From the NCBI GenBank assembly GCA_951406725.2, contig OX597814.1, forward strand, positions 171,120,001 through 171,184,000: 64,000 nucleotides of DNA, read 5' to 3'. Positions 58,811-64,000 of this stretch are shown in pieces. This DNA comes from Octopus vulgaris (Eukaryota). The stretch's first letter is position 1. The number at the start of each line of letters is the position of its first letter. Made by a program: the position numbers and the translations under genes. A model generated the notes under the pieces. It had not been told where the DNA came from and made no database searches. It saw nothing but the letters and a program-made list of their open reading frames with translations.

Positions 58811-59253
58811 CCGGGGTGAGCTGGCAGAATCGTTAGCACGCCGGGCAAAATGCTTAGCAGTATTTCGTCTACCATTAGGTTCTGATTTCAAATTCCATGG
58901 AGGTCGACTTTGCCTTTCATCCTTTCGAGGTCGATTAAATAAGTACCAGTTACGCACTGGGGTCGATATAATCGACTTAATCCGTTCTGAGTTCAAATTC
59001 CACGGAGGTCGACTTTGCCTTTCATCCTTTCGAGGTCGATTAAATAAGTACCAGTTACGCACTGGGGTCGATATAATCGACTTAATCCGTTCTGAGTTCA
59101 AATTCCGCCGAGGTCGACTTTGCCTTTCATCCTTTCGAGGTCGATTAAATAAGTACCAGTTACGCACTGGGGATCGATGTAATCGACTTAATCCCTTTGT
59201 CTGTCCTTGTTTGTCCACTCTATGTTTAGCTCCCTGTGGGCAACAAAGAAATA
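58811..59253 (+). mobile_element. SINE family B with a triplicated internal segment of about 106 bp
   Basis: GTTCTGA.TTCAAATTCC...TCGACTTAATCC occurs three times. TSD ATTATCTGACCG at 58802-58813 and 59254-59265. Confidence 0.88.
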
Positions 59254-59588
59254 ATTATCTGACCGAGCCGTCATCAAAGGTTTCTTTTAGCGCTCGCCAA
59301 TTATCAATTAATTCAGAGCATGGCAAAGATGCGAGCAGAAATGTGCATGCGTTGTATCTGCTTTTTCCAAGGGCATTAGTGGAGTAATAAAGTTGTCATT
59401 GCTGCGAATTGACCCTGGTTCGTAGACTCAGTTCACCAGAAGGTTATCATTCATGTCACGATATTCGATTTGAAATTGGTAATGTCTCTATCAGAAATTG
59501 ATATTGAAGTATGTCATATCTTCCCACGTATGTCATATCTTCCCAGTTCCTTTTCTCCTAGAAACAGGCGACCGTATGCTGAAGCACG

Positions 59589-59620
<32 letters not shown>

Positions 59621-59784
59621 TGTATGTATGTATGTATGTATGTATGTATGTATGTATGTATACTGGAGTTATATCTGTCTTTCTTTGAAACCTTATAGGA
59701 AAGGGCTGATTTGTATTAAAGCTGCATCATTGGAATGTAAATAATAACACAAGTAAAAATGTAGTTATATGATGAATTTTACAA

Positions 59785-60305
59785 AAACCTTCATTTTCGA
59801 AGTTGACTTAGACTTAACCTCCCTCATAAGAACATTCAACAATGAGGATCATAGCCACACAAGTTACCGAAGAAGCGCGACTGCTCCCGCCTACACCACA
59901 TTTTCTCTGTTTTCTGATGAATAAGAAAACTACGAAAGAGGACATTTTGATCAATGAATCGAAAGGTACACCGTCTGCTTGTGTTCCAAGAAGCTTGATT
60001 CATAACCTAACAGTGTATCAACGGAACTGTGAAAATGTGCAAGTCTTGCACATTCTCACATTTCCGTTGATACACTGTTAGGTTATGAATCAAGCTTCCT
60101 GGAACACAAGCAGACGATGGACCTTTCGATTCATTGATCAAAAATGTCCCTCTTTCGTAGTTTTCTTATTCATCAGAAAACAGAGAAAATGTGGTGTAGG
60201 CGGGATCAGTCGCGCTTCTTCGGTAACTTGTGTGGCTATGATCCTCATTGTTGAATGTTCTTATGAGGGAGGTTAAGTCTAAGTCAACTTTGAAAATGAA
60301 GGTTT
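59785..60305. repeat. Near-perfect palindrome (arms 259 and 261 bp, 1-nt spacer at 60044); fold-back or MITE-like
   Basis: Centre TGTGCAAG-T-CTTGCACA. By manual comparison the arms differ by 7 substitutions and two 1-nt indels. Confidence 0.95.
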
Positions 60306-60326
60306 AACAGGGTATATGTGTGTCTG

Positions 60327-60371
<45 letters not shown>

Positions 60372-60401
60372 TCGATCATACTCGATAACGAGGGGCAGCC
60401 A

Positions 60402-60431
<30 letters not shown>

Positions 60432-60435
<4 letters not shown>

Positions 60436-60770
60436 TGGCTGCCCCCTCGTTATCGAGTATGGCCATTGCACAAAGCTTAATCAATGTTGTTATTGTGCAA
60501 TGCCTGTGCAAGAAGATTTTTTTAAAGTGAGGAAAGGCTGTGCACTGAGTCAATCCCACTCACTAAGCAACAGCAGCCATAATCCGAAAAGAAGAACAAG
60601 TCAACATCATCGGTAACCACTGAGCCGCAGGTTTTATGTCGGAGTTATCCCAGTTACCTGAGTTACCTTCTCCTAGAAGGATGCCCTAACAAAGGCTAGG
60701 AGTCCTTCACTCCCAATGGTTTAACCGCGCGATTGGGTATTCAGTCCGATTATTTCTATGTCCCCGCGCA
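60432..60770 (-). mobile_element. Non-autonomous RTE-related retroelement ending in (TA)n
   Basis: The 3' end GGCCATACTCGATAACGAGGGGGCAGCCACCA(TA)n and internal TTACCTTCTCCTAG...AAGGCTAG resemble RTE UTR-derived elements (from memory). TA arrays lie on both sides. Confidence 0.5.
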
Positions 60771-60837
60771 ATATATATATATATATATTCACACACACAC
60801 ACACGCACACACATATATATATATATATATATGTGTA

Positions 60838-60871
<34 letters not shown>

Positions 60872-60913
60872 CATACATATATATATATATGTACACACAT
60901 ACATATATATGAG

Positions 60914-60985
<72 letters not shown>

Positions 60986-62338
60986 CGTGCGCGTGTGTGT
61001 CGGGGTCGGCTTGCTAAAACTCTCCGGCTCCCTCCCTGTTTTATTGCATACATACAATCACCCGGACTTTTGTTTTCAGTTCGTTCTTGATGTCGTTCGT
61101 TCACAAACGTCTTTTGACGGTCCATTGTTCTCTTTCCCCGCTCTACGCCCCTACCAGGGTGGTCTTGGACAATGACGCGTGCCAATGACACGTCAAAAAT
61201 ATGATAGCATTACAGACTTGATTCTTGTCAATAGATATCTTTGGCCTTTCAGCTTTTCTAGACCGGCAACGTAAGTTACCCCGTCTTTCTAGTTTATTCT
61301 GCCCAATCTACGAAACCTCCATATCTGAATGACTTCAAACTACTTTTACATTGCTGTGTATTTTGTCCAAATTTCTGTTCTGTAGGAGACAATTGGCATA
61401 AGATAATAGTCTACTAGACTCATGTTTTTGAGGTGAATATCTTTTTTTCATTCGTATAGATGTTTGTTTTTAATTATTTTTTTTATTCTTATTTATCATT
61501 TGGAGTAATGTCTACACAGTGACCTTCCTGATTTATGTATCTCTCTTACACAAACTTACGTATAGCATGTAAAAATGTGGCGGCTTAACATCGACAGAAC
61601 AGTTCAGAAAACTGCTTATAGGCATTAAAAACACATTCACACAAACATGTGGAAAGATGTTAGAAAACATCTGGATTAATGTTGTAACAATGACATTACG
61701 GTGTCAATGAAAACCATAGAACGAAATACTAGAAATCTGAGGAGTAAAGATGCGATTCATTTAAAAAATTAAATTATATTCTCAATAAGAAACCATAGTT
61801 GCGCAGTACTACTTGGCTATTTTATAAATAACAATCTGCTCATGTCACATACCTACTGATATCCCCACATATCTACATAAAATAGAAAACTAAGCTCAGT
61901 CTTAAGTTCTTTTGAGAAGGGCTTTTAAAGCCGAAAAATAGGTTATATAAGGAAAAACTCTCAACGTTTGTTTCTGATTTCGTTTCTTTGTTTCCAACTT
62001 ACATTGTAGTATCTATTTGGAACATTAGTAGTATCTATAGTAGTATCGCCTTGACGGGATTAGTAGTATCTATTAGTAGTATCGCCTTGACGGGATTTAG
62101 TCGAACGAATCGACTCCAGTACTGATTTTTTTTTTAAAGCCTGGTACTTATTCTATTGGTTTCTCTTTTGCCAAACAGCTATGTTACGGGGACGTGAACA
62201 AACCAACACCAGTTGTCAACGTTGGTAGGTGAAAACACAACCACAAACACACACACAGATATATATCAGCATAGACACACATACATACATACACATACAT
62301 ACATATATACATACATACATACATATATGTGTGTGTAT

Positions 62339-62376
<38 letters not shown>

Positions 62377-62957
62377 CACAATAGTGACAGAGGGTACTGA
62401 ATAGCACCACTATTGCTAGAGCACAAAGTACTATCTTAATGACTGACAAGAGGAGGTAAGTCCCCCAGCGTATGGTTTTAATTTTTTATATATACACACA
62501 CACATATATATATATATGAACATACCTACACACACACACACAACAGGTTTCTAAGTTACCGTCTACAAAATCCACTCAAGAATTTAGCCGGCCCATGGCT
62601 ATAGTAGAAGACACTTGCCTAAGGTGCCATACAGTGGTACTGAAGCCAGATTCACGTGCTTGGAAAGTAAACTTCTCTACTAAACAGCCACATCTGCGCC
62701 AATGTTAGTAACTTCTTTATTTTGTATTTTTTAATATTTATTTCATAGTCAGAAGAGGAAGGACAACGCCCAAGGCCTTTTCCTGGGTCAAATTGAAATG
62801 ATGTCAGGAAATTAGTGTCTCGACATCCTTATATTTTAGTTTACTAATACGTCGTTTTAAAAAGAAAAATGGAATGGGCACGTTTGGAATGCCTTTAATC
62901 AATTACTCTAGAGGGATTCTGATTTTCAGGGGTACAATATCTTTAATTATCATCAAA

Positions 62958-63553
62958 GGACGGCGAGCTGGCAGAATTGTTAGAACACCGGGCGAAATGC
63001 TTAGCGGTATTTCGTCTGCCGTTACATTCTGAGTTCAAATTCCGCCGAGGTCGACTTTGCCTTTCATCCTTTCGGGGTCGATAAATTAAGTATCAGTTAC
63101 GCACTGGAGTCGATGTAATCTACTTAATCCGTTTGTCTGTCCTTATTTGCCCCCTCTGTGTTTAGCCCCTTCTGGGTAGTAATAAAATAGGTATTTCGTC
63201 TGCCGTTACGTTCTGAGTTCAAATTCCACTGAGGTCGACTTTGCTTTTCATCCTTTCGGGGTCGATTAAATAAGTACCAGTTACGCACTGGGGTCGATAT
63301 AATAGACTTAATCCCTTTGTCTGTCCTTGTTTGTCCTCTCTGTGTTTAGCCCCTTGTGGGTAGTAAAGAAATAGGTATTTTGTCTGCCGTTACGTTCTGA
63401 GTTCAAATTCAGTCGAGGTCGACTTTGGCTTTCATCCTTCCGGGGTCGATTAAATAAGTACCAGTTACGCACTGGGGTCGATATAATCGATTTAATCCGT
63501 TTGTCTGCCCTTGTTTGTCTCCTCTATGTTTGGCCCCCTGTGGGCAATAATTA
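62958..63553 (+). mobile_element. SINE family B with head plus 3 tandem bodies in one target duplication
   Basis: The body restarts at about 63190 and 63374 (AATAGGTATTT.GTCTGCC). 19-bp TSD AATATCTTTAATTATCATC at 62936-62954 and 63554-63572. Confidence 0.9.
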
Positions 63554-64000
63554 AATATCTTTAATTATCATCTATGCTTAAAGGGGAGCCAAAATCGAAG
63601 TCACTATGCCTTCGGCCAACCTGCTAGAATTAGCAGCGAAATTTCTCTCAAATTATTTCTCTACACAGACACTTTCTGGAAAAAGGACGCGTTAGTTAAG
63701 GCTGAAATATTGACACAATCATCATTATCATCATCGTTTCACGTCCGTTTTCCATGCTGGTATGGTTGTCATGTATATGTACAGAAACTTTGAAATATAT
63801 GCATGTATATACATGCACACATGAATATATATTTCACAAGTATGAGGGAATATTTTGCAATATAGTTATATATTCATGTAGTGGTGTGTTCCTGCACGTA
63901 AAAGAAATACAGAACGATAATGGCTGGAGATCGTTTGGCCATAGGTCATCTTGATCATGGTCGACCATGGGCTAAACAACAATAACGACCGCAATGAACA

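Noticed and set aside
58880-59195. Regularly spaced repeats resembling a CRISPR array
   Set aside because: These are contiguous tandem units of a SINE segment with no unique spacers and no cas genes, in a eukaryotic context.

Overview
AT-rich, microsatellite-saturated eukaryotic DNA. The SINE repertoire and (TA/CA)n content look like a coleoid cephalopod, most likely Octopus; this is inferred from repeat recognition, not from a search. Only one host gene is supported: the first coding exon of a PBX/extradenticle TALE homeobox gene on the minus strand (39535-39294, phase-2 donor). Everything to its left (about 39 kb) is probably its first intron, and everything to the right is 5' UTR, promoter and upstream DNA. 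The rest is at least five SINE families (several with clean target-site duplications and nesting), two decayed Tc1/mariner-superfamily elements, mariner-type and hAT MITEs, CR1- and RTE-like LINE debris, and large TA/CA/TG arrays. Nearly all ORFs in the supplied track are microsatellite or repeat artefacts. Most noteworthy: (1) short TA-embedded repeats carrying minimal Penelope-type hammerhead-ribozyme motifs with variant cores; (2) a roughly 520-bp near-perfect palindrome with a 1-nt spacer, next to a tail-to-tail hairpin; (3) SINEs that swap modules or sit as dimers/trimers inside one target duplication; (4) a repeat-free PBX promoter region with Inr/DPE-like and PBX-MEIS-like sites. Boundaries of diverged repeats are approximate, read by eye.
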